DNA from: Tricharina praecox | Taxonomy: Eukaryota | NCBI RefSeq assembly: GCF_024521635.1 | Contig: NW_026250411.1 | Location: forward strand, 1,116,001-1,180,000 | Reading direction: 5' to 3' | Length of the DNA: 64,000 nt | Part shown: piece after piece, positions 1 to 12,601 of the stretch | Layout of the letters: the number at the start of each line of letters is the position of its first letter | How positions within the stretch are numbered: the stretch's first letter is position 1 | Notes under the pieces: model-generated | Told to the model about the DNA's origin: nothing | Database searches by the model: none | Seen by the model: only the letters and a program-made list of their open reading frames with translations | Translations under genes and position numbers: made by a program

Positions 1-280
1 AGTTCAAAAAATCTCCTGCTGCCTTCTTTGAGAAAACATCAGAACCATTCTCACGACTTAGGTTTGTCTTCTCTGCTCCATCTCTCCAACGTTTCCACAA
101 AACTGACCAGCTCTTCTCCCTCCAGCATTCCCACACCAAGATGGACGAAGACCAGATATCCGCTGCTCGCATGGAGGTCGCACAAGAAGAGTAGCTAGGT
201 TTCCCAGTCAAGCACCATTTCCCAGTCAGTCACCGCCTGATTCCTTCGACCAGACGATGTCTAGTACCTCCACTCAGGCC

Positions 281-470
281 GCTGTGCCTCGCTGTGCCTC
301 GCTGTGCCTCGCTGTGCCTCGCTGTGCCTCGCTGTGCCTCGCTGTGCCTCGCTGTGCCTCGCTGTGCCTCGCTGTGCCTCGCTGTGCCTCGCTGTGCCTC
401 GCTGTGCCTCGCTGTGCCTCGCTGTGCCTCGCTGTGCCTCGCTGTGCCTCGCTGTGCCTCGCTGTGCCTC
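281..470. repeat. Perfect minisatellite (GCTGTGCCTC) x19
   Basis: 19 exact 10-mers counted directly; they explain the repetitive ORFs in all six frames. Confidence 0.98.
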
Positions 471-1475
471 CGTGCGCCCCAGGTCCCGACCTGCTGCACG
501 CACTGCACCCCCACGGTGCTGGAGCCGATACATCCACTGCCTTCGGTCAAGCTCAGCCAAGTTCATACGGCCAGACTACATCCACTGCCTTCGGTCAAGC
601 TCAGGCTGGTTTATCCGCTCGTGCTTAGGCCACCGCAAAAGCTCAGGCAGCTGCAAAGACTATTCTCCGCTCCAGCTCAGTCTGCTTCCTCTGCGCGGGC
701 TCAGCATACTTCGCGTGTGATCACGTCGGCTCCATTCAGTCGCTTTGTGAGCGCCACCCCGACTGCACCGATGTTTGCTGCCGCTCCGGCTCAGTCTAGT
801 TCCTTTGGTCAGGCTGCTTCCATCGGCCAGGCTACGTCGGCTGCCTTCAGTCAGGCGCAGCCTACCTCCTCCGGTCAGACTCAGTCTGGCCCCTCCACTC
901 AGGTCGCTGTGCCTCCGTGCGGCTGCCCCGGCAGTCGCCATGGCGTATGCCCAGGTCCCGACCTGGAGTACGCACCGCACCCCCACGGTGCTGGAGGCGA
1001 TGCTCGCCAACCCCCGTGGTCCGCCATCGGGGTACCATCGAGTCACTTTTTGGAAGGCCTTGAATATGGGTGCAAACCCGTTTTCAGCGACGGTGCCCTT
1101 TTGGTACGGCCACGGGCCAGTGACGATGCTGGATGTCGAGATTGACGAGAGGAGGATGAAGGCGGGGTGCTGAGCGTGAGGGATGGCCTGGGGGCGGGGG
1201 GTGGCGGGAGGTGCTTTTTTCCCGTGGGTCTTTTTTTTTCTTCTTCCGGGTGGGTTTTCCTCGTGATTTTTTTGTTGTTTTGCCTGATTTTTTCGGGCTT
1301 TTTTGTTGTTCTCATGTTGTATGGCTTTTTTTTTTTTTGTTGGCCGGCTTTTTGTATTAATTTTAAAAGTTCTTTTTTCCATATTTGGGGTGTGTTTTTT
1401 GGGGTGTTTTGGGGATGTTTTGGGGTTCTTTTTCTTCTCTTCTCTGCGGAGTATGTACTATAGTGTAGACAGTGG

Positions 1476-1921
1476 GGCAGTGGGCGGTGGGCAGAAAGAG
1501 AGAGATCTTCCTGTTTTATTTCGCATGCGGCCTACCTATCTAGACTATGGCGAACCCACGAACCCACGAACTCCGTTTCCTGCCCGCCCTGGCCAGTCGA
1601 GCTGAAAGCCCCGGTACCGATCAGTCCGATGCGGTGCCCCACTTCCCCTGCCCATCCGCCTCGTGCCGACACAAGCAAAAAGTAGATTGGTAGTAAAGAC
1701 CGGTATGAGCCTACATGCCCGCTCTTCCTGCTGCTCCCTCGCCTCTCCCCCGTTTTCCGCTTCCACTCCACGCCACTATCACCGCGTATCCTCATCTCCT
1801 ACTTCCTCGCACCGGCCGCAAACGCAGTACCCTGCTGGGCACTCGGGCAGTGGGCAGAGAGAGAGAGAGAGAGATCTTCCTGTTTTATTTCGCATGCAGC
1901 CTAATTAGACCATGGCGAACC
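1476..1921 (+). repeat. ~75-bp direct repeat pair (1476-1557 and 1845-1921) bounding a segment absent from the right-hand copy
   Basis: GGGCAGA..GAGAGATCTTCCTGTTTTATTTCGCATGC(G/A)GCCTA...TAGAC(T/C)ATGGCGAACC occurs twice. Confidence 0.85.
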
Positions 1922-4126
1922 AAGGCAGTGGGCAGTGGGCGGTGGGCGGTGGGCACAGTGTCCGAGCACGGGCGTCGGGTGCTCTTTCATGACTGACTGA
2001 CTGATATGTGCTGATTTTAGCAGCAGCTGCCAGCGACGGACTCGTGGCGAGGCGAGACTCGAGTCCGTCCAGTGCGTAAACTAACGTGTCTTCGCTTCTG
2101 GATAGGATCCGGGGCATAGGTAGAGTAGAAGGTATTGTATGAGGTAGGTATATGGATAACCTCATGGTAAAGAAGTGTCGAGCTGTGCTATTGGATCTCA
2201 CAATTGACTAGGTACGCCCACAGAATCACCACACGGAGAACGGAGAGAACCCCCCCGGCACTAAAGGTTTCCGAGCCCCACGGGGCCCCAGTCGGGCCCC
2301 AGGCTTTTTGGACTTGGGACTGTGCCCGACTAGTCCGGCCAAATCTTTGCCCCAGACGGGACGGCGTCGCCGGGCCCTAATAGTCTTCCGTCCGGACGGA
2401 CTATTCCTAGGCCTGCCCCCGCCCCTTCACCCTCCGAGAAAAAGTACCACTGACACCTGTCAAGATGCTCCCTACGTACGGTATGGTCTTGGAAATGCCG
2501 GTCATCGGATCTTGAGGTCGATCTGACTGCCTACCTAGGTACTCGCCAGTGCTTAACGGTACCATACACAAGTAAGTACTCACCCACTTGAAATTTGATA
2601 CTCGAAAGCGATTCGGCAGCGCCGTGACCGTCAAGGAGGTACCGGTAGTAAGCAACCAAGGGTACTCACAAGTTACCGGTACCCAACGGTATCGATTGGC
2701 AGGAAGCGGTTCCGCTACCGCCAACCACGGCGCCAATCACGGCACCAATTACTACTAGCCGAGTGGACTCGGTACCGGCTATGGTGCTAGTAGTCAGTTA
2801 GTACCGCACTGGTGACTGCCCCGGAAAATTCTGCCCGTCATAACTACTACCCGTAGGTAGCTTGTATCTACTGCTCGGTACATGTCTGTCACATGGCTAG
2901 TACATGGCTGGTACATGGCTGGTACATACATGGCGCGATATCACAGCTATTCTGGTTGGGTGTCTGCCCTACTACATATATGTACCGGTATGTATACCTA
3001 GCATCTGTTTTGCCAAGTTATGCAAAACATAAAAGCTCCGGATCGTTAAGTACGTCTTGTGGGAAGCTAGCTGAGCGATCATATCACGACATCTATGCGT
3101 GAGCAGTCACGGAATCATGGTGGAAGATGGAAGACGAAATGCATTGCTTTCGAGCTGAGCCATTTCCGCATCCGGGCACCTTCTGCCTACACCTACAGCG
3201 CTAACTAGAGGGCATGGGGGGGGGGCTTAGGGGGGCGGAAGATCCGAAATTCGAATCTCTCGGCCCGACATCACACATCTTTGATGGGATTATGTATGTA
3301 CCAACCAAATCTCCCGGGCACGTGCAATCTCGCAGCGATCCCAAGCCGCTGCCTTTCCGCCCCTCCGACACCATCACGTCTACATACTAGCATAATTGTC
3401 TAGGTATTCTCCCCTACGGCCATAGGGCGAGCACCCCCGGTTTCACCAAACGACCACGCGGTACATAGCTTGTACAAACACATGTCCGCACACCGCTAGT
3501 CGCGGGTCGGTGCGTCTCCCTACCGTCAATCCAGGCCTTTAAGCTCTCCCAGCCTCCCAGGGGTATGTACCGCTCAGCCACAGTAGGCACATGGTACTGG
3601 TAGTGCGCCACTGAACATCACTAACTCGCAGCGGAGTCAAACGAGGTGATTTAGAGCACGATTTGCGGCCTGCGGCGTGCGGCGTGCGGGCGGGCCCCGG
3701 CGGGTGATGATACTCGTGAGGATCGCATGTGTGTACGGAGGAGGAGGAGGAGGAGGCCGGGCTGACTGGGTCAGTTTGTTTGCTCTCAAAGCGCCAAAGG
3801 CTTGTGTATGGAATGGCATTGATTTCAGATCGATGGGGCAAAGGCGTTTATCACGAAACCTGAGGAAATAATCGTTGTTTCGACGCCGGTTTAATTATAA
3901 ACCCGGTCATCAGTTATCACTCTCACGTCGACCGCGGTGCGGTGGTGGTGGTGGTGGTCGCTAAGTTGGTGTTACCTACGGAAGATCTTAGATGAGTACT
4001 AGTAGTCAGATCAGCGCATGTGTCTGCTAACTAGTAGGGAATCTACCTACCTTGTTAGCTGCAGCCTTGGGCATTCCATTTCGTTCCAACATCGTCATTC
4101 CGAGCGGTGAGGAGAAGTATTTAGGG

Positions 4127-4171
4127 GGAGGAGGAGGAGGAGGAGGAGGAGGAGGAGGAGGAGGAGGAGGA
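4127..4171. repeat. (GGA)15 microsatellite
   Basis: Read directly from the sequence. Confidence 0.95.
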
Positions 4172-6114
4172 GGCAGCAGTCTGCTACAAGAAACGGAAAC
4201 AAATCTCTATAGTACCTACGGTAGGCAAGTAGTGGAACTGTTGGACGCGCAGTCTATCTCTCTTTAATACCGGCAAAACGGTTATTCGTGTTGGTGAGGC
4301 GTAAGGCAGCTACCGTACTACTAGTAGTAGTAGTACATAGGACGCGGCGCCTTTGCGAGGCTGATGCTGGCGCCGGTCATTCTTCAGCCCTATCTATCTG
4401 TGGCTTAAAGCCGCGGAAGCCTGAGGGTGAGATGGATTCCTGGTACCCACGAACGCAGCCCCAAAGTACCATACATTAGGTAGATTAGGTACCTATTCGA
4501 ATCTCACACGAGGCTTTCGACTGACATCCATCATCGCACATGGCAATAGAGTACCCAGGTAATCCCTTCTTCCCTCCCGGAGGTTCCGAGCTCACCGATT
4601 CGTAGGGCGCGGCGCCGCGCGGGGCCTTCTCGTGAGCGGGAAGACACACACAGAACACGGCGCCGGGCATGGATAGACACGGCGTGACGGTGAGCGTGAG
4701 CGTTTATTCTGGCGCGCGCGCAGCGACTCTGGGGTGTCTGTGTGATGCGCCATGAACAAAAACTCTCCGACGAAAAATGGAAGCAGAACAGAACACTGGA
4801 GCCACGATACTCTGCATCCAACTAGAAATCTGCAAGTCAGCCAGCCAGCTGCAGCCTGTCAATCAGTCAATCATCAATCGAGCCGAGCCGTGCGAAACGG
4901 GGATTATTGTTGATATTATTTATTTTTTCGCCGTGGAGGGAGTTGGGGCGGTCTTAACCAAGTATGGTAGTACGATGTGCACCGTAGGGCATTCTCCCAC
5001 ATCAACTCCCTCCCCTCCCCCCCCACCCCAACCCAAACCTCAACCTCAACCCTACCCAAGGAACACTGATAGGAGCGACAACCACCATCATGTACCGAAG
5101 CTTGAACGGTTCATCCTGCGTTTGGCCTAAAAATTGCTAGCAGTTGCCGTTGGGTCCAAATTCATGTCCGTTTACTTGCCGAAGATGTGAGACAGCTAAT
5201 AACCTCGTCGCAGTCGAGAATCGTATAGGTAGGGCTCTATCCAGGAGGTCACTATTCTTGCCCTCCGGCCAGACAAAGAGAATCCTCCTGCTCAGCACGG
5301 GACACCGCGTCGCGCGCGTCCCCCTCTCCCTCTGGGTTTGCCCCTCTCATCACGGCCCCTCATGGCCATTGCAAGGGAAACCCTTATCCCCCCGTGTACT
5401 CGCCAATTCCACTCCTGCCCTACTTTTCTGGTACATATTTCCTACCTGTGTCCGTGGGCGGGGCATCGAGCCTTGGGGCATCCGAGCTGCTGCCGCCGCT
5501 GCCCCGCGCTTCCCCCCACCGACGAAACGGCATCACTCCTTCACGGAACGGGGAAAGAACTTTGAAGCGTTGATGTCGAACATCTCGCGCGGTAAAACTA
5601 CTCGAAACGACGGAGGATCGCGAGTGAGACACGATGCTGTCAGATCTCAACCAGTGGGATTCGCGGTAGAAAAACAAAAATGCGGGCTCTCACACACACG
5701 CACAAACTGTAGACTGAACTGCAGCCTGGGCTTACCGACAGCACGGTCCACAGAGCACGGCTGCAGCACGGCTCTGGGGGATCGAAGCGCACCCAAACCA
5801 GTGGTACGTAGGGCATCATCCATCCATCCCCATCCCATCGGTCCACCCACAGCCCACTACACTACCCGCAACCCACAACCCGCAACCCAGCCCCCCTCCC
5901 GGATCGGAATGGGCGGGCGGTATCTACTCTAGCCTCACAGACGAATGAACAACGCATCAATCAAAGAAGTCTGTTCGTGGTACACGGAAATATTAGTTGG
6001 ATATATGATGGCACCGGGCAGCCACCCCCATCTGTACCCAAGTTCGTTCGTTCTTTCCCCCGTCGTCGTCAGCAATCAGCACCACACATTCTCACGCAGC
6101 AAAACAGGCCGGCC

Positions 6115-7434
6115 ATGGGCGAATTCGAAGCTTACTGCCAGCTCTGTGGAGGTCCTCTATACAATCCTCATGCAACACCACTCAACGATGGAAAAGCTTC
6201 GGAGATATCAATGGAGGAAGCCACAACTGGCGAGCGTCGAATGCTTCCTCATGAAGGCTCGGTCAGTATTCTCTCATTTGCATGCCGTCGTCGTCGTCAT
6301 TGTCTAACATATATACGTAGTGGCTTAACTCTGCACGAGTCTTGGGGTATCTCAACAATGAGATCCGCAGCATGAAAAAGGGCAGGTCCTTCTGGCACGA
6401 GACGGGAAGAAGATAGTATGCTCCATCACCTGCTCTCTCTCTCTCTCATCACATCTGACAATCTTTCTCGCAGCTCTTTCGTCTCATCCGTAGGAACCGG
6501 AGGCGTCTGCAGCGATCTCGAGGTATCCGGCCTGGAGCGGGGAATAATGCTGTACAGCGGGCGGGTAGCAGTGCACGACAGCTGCTACCATCTGCTACGG
6601 CACGCCATAGAGCACGTACAGCACCTCTGGTGCGTGCGTGGTCTGGTAGAGCTCGACGTCCTCGTCGGCTGCATGATCAGCCTGTCGGACGACGTGTACG
6701 GCATGGCATTGCACACGACTCTCGATCTGGGTGGCGCCGAGATGTTCCGTGGCATCCACGGGTGGGAGGGGAATTGCACTTCCGAGGCCTGGTACCTGAC
6801 CGACTACTTGGTCGAGTGCGAGGGAGTGTCGGAATATGTCGAGAACCCGCCGAGGGCGGATGGGTGGCCGGGGGAGTTGGAGAAGACGATGGCTATGCGG
6901 CGGTGGAGACATCGGCAGTGGAGGTGTTTCGGCTTCGGAACCGGGACGGCGCCGGATGCGATGGAAATTGATGTGGACGATAAACCGCCACCACACCAAC
7001 CACTGCTGGAGGCCCTACCGACAGAACTACTCGTGCAGATACTCTGCTTCCTCCCGCAAAAGGACGTCAAAAGTCTCTGCTTCGCATCGAAAACGGTGGC
7101 AGCTATATCATTACCACAAGAATACTGGAAATCCCGCTTCGTGGTCGACGCACCTTACCTATGGGAACTACATGCACGCATGCCGATGTTGGAGTGGATG
7201 CGACCAGCGCCGGATTGGCGACGAATGTACCAAGATCTGATCGCGGGGAACAAAACACAGCTTGCCTTTCGCGGGCTACGGAATCGAGAACGCGTATGGC
7301 GAGCGGCGATAGAGGTTGCCGAGGAGTGCTGGATCGGCGAACTGTGTGAGCGGGAAGAGAGAGGAAGCTACATTCGGCCTGCGACAACCTATCACAGCGG
7401 ACCCGATGCACCACGGTGGGATGACGGCGGGTAA
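6115..7434 (+). CDS. Fungal F-box protein; exons 6115-6261, 6321-6415, 6474-7434
   Basis: N-terminus MGEFEAYCQLCGGPLY, exon 2 WLNSARVLG, two GT-AG introns with CTAAC/CTGAC branch sites that splice in frame. F-box motif LEALPTELLVQILCFLPQKDVKSLCFASK, followed by LPQEYWKSRF...DWRRMY...GLRNRERVW, typical of fungal F-box proteins. Confidence 0.85.
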
Positions 7435-8920
7435 TTAATGGAACGACGCCGATACTACTCTGGCATGGCGAGTCACGAATCACGAAGAGATATTACCAAC
7501 AACAAAGTGACTTTGCTACATACCTACCACGTACCTACCTAATGTGTCCGTACCGCCGGTAGCTCCCAAATCATCACGGGCAACCTAACCCCTCGGTCAC
7601 TACCGTACCGTCTCTGCATATTTCCCAAAGTCGCGCCTCTCACAAAGCCCCACCGCGCCTGCAGGCTGCCGCCGCCTCGAGGAAAAAAAACAAGCGACAC
7701 CATCACCATCCCTCACCGCCCGCTCCCGTCCCCAGTCCACCACCGACCCCGTTCCCCTGTCACGCCGGATCCACATCGGTCCGGTCCAGTGGAGATTCCA
7801 GTGCACCGTGTGCTCCCTCCCAAACAGATCCTTGATCGAGCCCGCAACCGCCGCCCCGAACACGGTTGAGTTCGCGACGGAAACGGTGGGATTTTCGGTC
7901 GCTGGCTGGTACGCTGAACCGCGGGAGCCGAATCGCAGTGCACTCGAAGCATCGAGGGATACGTTCGCCCGCCGCCGCCCGCTGCAGCCTGGGAGGGAGA
8001 TGGGATGGTGGAGATGGGTGGTGGAATAGTAGGGTGGAATAATGGGGTGGAATACTGGGATGGTGGAATAATGGGATGGTGGAATAATGGGATGGTGAGG
8101 AGGGCGGGATGTATCAAATGGAACAGCGGCTACTCTATCATATGTACAAGCTCTATGGTGACTCGCATGTGCAATGAATCCCTGTAGAGCATCACCGGGC
8201 GAGACCAGGGAAGACGGAGCCGGGAGAACCCACGCCTCCCGACTATATACCTACCAAGTTTTTAGTGTTGGCGATCACTAGTTACTCCGGGACGAGGCAC
8301 GGCGGATCAACCACCACCGCCGCCATAGCACATGATAATCCCCACCTCCGTATATCTACACCGAGTGCGCTTCCATGACTCGCAGCCGGATTGCCCTTCA
8401 TATGATACTACGACTCGACGCTGCCACCGCCGGCGCCGACGACGACGACACAGTTGAAGCAGCGGCGGCGACCGTGGCTACTGTATAGTAGGTTTGTCTG
8501 TGGCCCCGGCACCAATAGGATAGTCAAGCTCGCTATCACAACTATCACAACGTGTCCTTTTGTATTGTAAACTCTGTTTTACTTTCGTATCATACCTTTC
8601 TTTACATACACTGTCTTTGCATACTGTGGGCCTCGGGGGGAGGGGGGGGGGGGGGGGGGGGGGGCAGACCTGATTTGGTCGGCCCCATCGTTGAGATTTT
8701 GCTACTTTTTATGGTCGGTTGGTCGGTTGGTCTACACACCACCATCATAGACCTTATCACGACAAGTAGTCATTATTGTCCGTTATCCAACATCGCGGAG
8801 GTACTCGAGGATATCCACCTGAAGATCACAGGTGGCTTTGCTTTCTCTTGCCGTTCCGATTGTAGTGAGCATCTTGATACCTAGGTGTCAGTGAAACTTT
8901 TCCTTGGAGGGAGAAGGGGG

Positions 8921-10290
8921 AAGGGGGTACTCTCCGTCCTCCGTGTGGTGATTCTAATTTCTGTGGGCATATCTATTTAATTGTGGGATCAACTGGCACA
9001 ACTCGACACTTCTTTACCATGAGGATATCCATATACCTACCTCATACAGTACGTTCTACTCAACCTATGCCCCGGGATCCTATCCAGAAGCGAAGACTCG
9101 TTTACTCCACACACTGAACGCACTCGAGCCTCGCGAGTCATCACGAGTTCGCCGCTGCTAAAATCAGCACACATCAGTCAGTCACTCACGAGTGAGCATC
9201 TGACGCCCGTGCCCGGACACTGCCCACCATCCACTGCCTACCGCCCACTGCCCACTCTCTACATAATATCGTACATACTCCCCAGAGAAGAGAAGAAAAA
9301 GAACCCCAAAACACCCCAAAAAACATACACCAAATATGGAAAAAAGAACTTTTGGAATTGATACAAAAAGCCGGCCAACAAAAAAAAAAGCCCGGCAAAA
9401 ATCAGGCAAACAACACGCAAACAACAAAAAAGCCTGGCAAAACACAGGCAACAAAACAAGAAAACAAGAAACAAAACAGGGTAAAACCACCCGGAAAAAT
9501 AGAAAAAAAAAGAAACCCGCAGGAAATAAGTATTCTGCTGTAGGACGTTGGCTGAGCCTGACCGAAGGCAGTAGAAGTATTCTGGCCGTAGGAAGTTAGC
9601 TGAGCCTGACCGAAGGCAGTGGATGTATCAGCTCCAGCACCGTGAGAGTGCAGTGCGTGCAGCAGGTCAGGATCTGCGCATACGCCATGGTGACTGCCGG
9701 GGCAGCGTACAGAGGTACAGCGGCCTGAGTGGAGGTACTAGACATCGTCTAGTCGAAGGAATCAGGCGGTGCCTGACTAGGAAGCGCCATCGGCGACGGG
9801 AGAACTCTTGGGGGTGGTAACTACAGCCACGGCAGCATTACTGTCTGCGTCTGCAATTATATCGATATAGCCGGCTGAGGAGAGGGTATCAGGGGTGGTA
9901 AGGATATCCGTGTCGGTGACGATATTGGTGGCTGCGGCATGGGTATCGGTGGTGGCATGGGTATCCGTGGCAGGAACTTCACGATCATCTCCATCATCTG
10001 CGACCAGGACGAAAGTCCTGTCCCTTTCTGCGTTGATGTCTTTCCCTTTGTGGTCCGGGTTTGCGGCGGCTTGGGCTTCTGCCCGTGCCCGTATCCGGCG
10101 AAACTCCTCTTGAGCGGCCGCCATGCGAGCAGCGGATATCTGGTCTTCGTCCATCTTGGTGTGGGAATGCTGGAGGGAGAAGAGCTGGTCAGTTTGTGGA
10201 AACGCTGGAGAGATCGAGCAGAGAAGACAAACCTGAGTGGTGGGAATGGTTCTAATTTTTTGCAAAGGCAGGAGATTTGTTGAACCAAGG
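8921..10290 (-). repeat. Right, inverted copy of the repeat at 1-2256
   Basis: Reverse-complement similarity across the whole span. The ORF from ATG 10154 (MDEDQISAARMAAAQEEFRRIRARAE...) stops at 9777. Only one GCTGTACCTC unit is present, and the 1490-1925 segment is missing. Confidence 0.85.
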
Positions 10291-10666
10291 TTGTGTGTGA
10301 TTTGGAAAGGAGAAGAAGTGTTCTGGCGGAAATTCTTGCGGGTTTTATGGGTGAGTTTGGTCACTAGCCGTTGCCCTAATTTTGGTTGGTTTGTTTGACG
10401 CTCACAGCCAATTCCGCTAGATCACTCGGTCGTCGTTGCTATTGACGCTGGAATCTACTATCAGATCATAGCCTATCATATCACCAATCTACCCCGCCCC
10501 ACCACCAATCTACCGCCTAGATTGACACTATCGGTGGCAAAAAAGCCATCAGATAATCAATTTTACGTGGTGATCGCAGTAACTACGCCGTAGCAAACAT
10601 GATTGCCACCTACTAGTAGGCCGAGGGAAGCCACGCTCAGCAGCCAAACCGAGACCAAGAGGCACA

Positions 10667-12480
10667 TTTACACGGCTGCAACCCGACCGCCCTCGACCGA
10701 GATAAAGAAACCGATTCCATATAGACGCATTTGTAATAAGCTTTATCCAGCCGGGCTCGAGATCCAGCGCGATCAATCCATACCCAAGATTTCCTGCGTG
10801 CCTACTGGACGAGCGAGTGAGATCGTGTGCCGCAACGGCGAAACGCGAGACATTCCGATTTCCTACTCGCTCTTCACTCCAGACCAAGTCAAGCTGACTG
10901 GCTGACAGCCGGCGTGGAAGACGTAAGATTCTGCTCCTTGCATCAAACCTCCAACACGAACGGCGTCAATGGCTAGAGCCGTCAAGCAGAGTATGCTTGC
11001 GTTTACACGGCTCGAACCCGACCACCCCCGACCAAAACAAGGAAACCGCTTCTGTACAGACTGTTGTAATAAGCTTGATCTTGCCGGACTCGAGTCCCAA
11101 CCGCTATCAATACTTTTTTTTGTTTAATCATTGCATTCGAACTTAGTAGATCATGGCAGATTACATATCCTTTTCGACCCCCGCGCAACACCAGTAGGAA
11201 AGTCAGAAAGAAGGCGCGGTCAATTCATACCCAAGATCCCCTGCGTGTCTACTCGACGAGCGAGTGAGATCGTGTGTCGAAACAGCGAGACACTGCGACT
11301 TCCTACTCGCTGTTTACTCTCAGCAAGTCACGCTGGCCGGCTGAAACACGACTCGGAAGCCGTAAGACTCTACTCCTTGCGTCAATGCCTCCAATACGGA
11401 TGGCGGCGATAGCCAGAGCCCCAGAGCTGTCAAGCAGAGTATATTTGCTAAAATAGCAGCAAAGGCGCACAGCGCGGCTTCTCTTCTTCTTCTTCTTCTT
11501 CTTCTTCTTCTTTACACGGCTCGGACCCAATCACCCCTCGACCATCCCTCGACCATCCCTCGACCGAAACAAAGAAAGCGGTTCTGTACAGACCCACTTG
11601 TAATAAGCGTGATCTGGCCGGACTCGAGTCTCAAGCGCGGCCAACTCATACCGAGGATCCTGTGCGTGCCGACTCGACGGGCGAGTGAGATCGTGTGCCG
11701 AAACGTGAGACACTGCGACTTCCTACCTAATCGCTCTTTCCTCCTAACCAAGTTCGGCTGTCTGGCTGATAGACGGCTCCTAAGACGTAAGACTCTGCTC
11801 CTTGCATCAATACCTCCGACACGGACGGCGTCGATGGTCAGAGCTGCGAAGCTGTCAGGGAGAGTATATATGCGTTTACACGGCTCGAACCCGACCACCG
11901 CTTCTGTTCGGACACACTTGATCTAGCCAGACTCGAGTCCGAAGCTCGGTCAATGCATTCGTTCTTTTTTGTTCATTCCAGCTCCGCGGGGTCGAGGCTC
12001 GAGAGAAAGCTCCACCACCACGGCCCGATGCTGTGCCGCCACCTACCAACCAATGTTTTTTACAAAGGAAAACCATGATCCCACTCATTACCCACCCCCC
12101 CCCCCCCCCCCCCCCCCAAACGCAGTACCCTGCCGGGCACTCCTGTTCGGCTCCAGATGCGTCGCTCCCATCATCCAGCGCTGTCGATTCATTCTTCTTT
12201 TTTGTTCAGTCATTGAATGCATGCGACCTATCTAGATCATGGCAATATTATCTACACGTACGCCCCCCCCCCGTTTCCGCGCGGTCGATTCATACTGAGG
12301 AGCCCATGCGTGCCGACTCGGCGAGCGAGTGATATTGTGTGTCGAAACGGCGAAACGCGAGACACTGCGACTTTCTACTCGCTGTTTACCCCCAGCCAGG
12401 CCAGCGTAGCTGGCTTACTCTACTCCTTGCATAAATACCTCCGACATGAATAACGTTGATGATCATGACTGCCAAGCAGC
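10667..12480. repeat. Four-unit degenerate tandem array; units start at 10667, 11002, 11511 and 11875
   Basis: Each unit begins TTTACACGGCT and contains GCGAGTGA(G/T)AT(C/T)GTGTG(C/T)CG and CT(G/A)CTCCTTGC. A (CTT)n tract lies between units 2 and 3. Confidence 0.9.
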
Positions 12481-12528
12481 ATATGTTTTCCCAAAGCCAG
12501 CGCCTTTGAGCGCGAAGTCACATGAAGC

Positions 12529-12601
12529 GCCTCGCTAGCTCAATCGGTAGAGCGTAAGACTCTTAATCTTAAGGCTGCGGGTTCGACCCCCGCGTGGGGC
12601 T
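12529..12601 (+). tRNA. tRNA-Lys(CTT), intronless
   Basis: Cloverleaf with acceptor GCCTCGC/GTGGGGC, D arm GCTC..GAGC, anticodon arm TAAGA-CTCTTAA-TCTTA and T loop GTTCGAC; T-run terminator downstream. Confidence 0.97.

Larger units (their letters stand above)
1..2256 (+). repeat. Left copy of a degenerate dispersed repeat or pseudogenised multicopy gene; runs off the window start
   Basis: Positions 1-190, ~225-610, ~1240-1490 and ~1925-2256 match the reverse complement of 8921-10290. The ORF MDEDQISAARM... starts at 141 and stops at TAG 192-194. A C-terminal remnant (...AMAYAQVPTWSTHRTPTVLEAMLANP...KAGC*) ends at 1173 and is followed by a T-rich tract. Confidence 0.85.

Noticed and set aside
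230..720. Overlapping ORFs with ARHSEAQRGT / VPRCASLCLA repeats; CRISPR-like appearance
   Set aside because: They are products of a spacerless 10-bp minisatellite in eukaryotic DNA, not a protein repeat or CRISPR array.
2379..2410. Palindrome TCCGTCCGGACGGA followed by CTAG, resembling a Helitron 3' end
   Set aside because: CTAG is followed by G rather than T, and no matching 5' TC end or Rep/helicase remnant was found.
7600..8117. GC-rich short ORFs downstream of the F-box gene
   Set aside because: No recognisable motif or consistent gene model; partly GGTGGAAT-type low-complexity repeats.
8635..8664. Poly-G tract (also poly-C at ~12096-12117 and poly-G at ~59912-59928) as G-quadruplex elements
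   Set aside because: Simple homopolymers with no supporting context; their lengths are assembly-sensitive.
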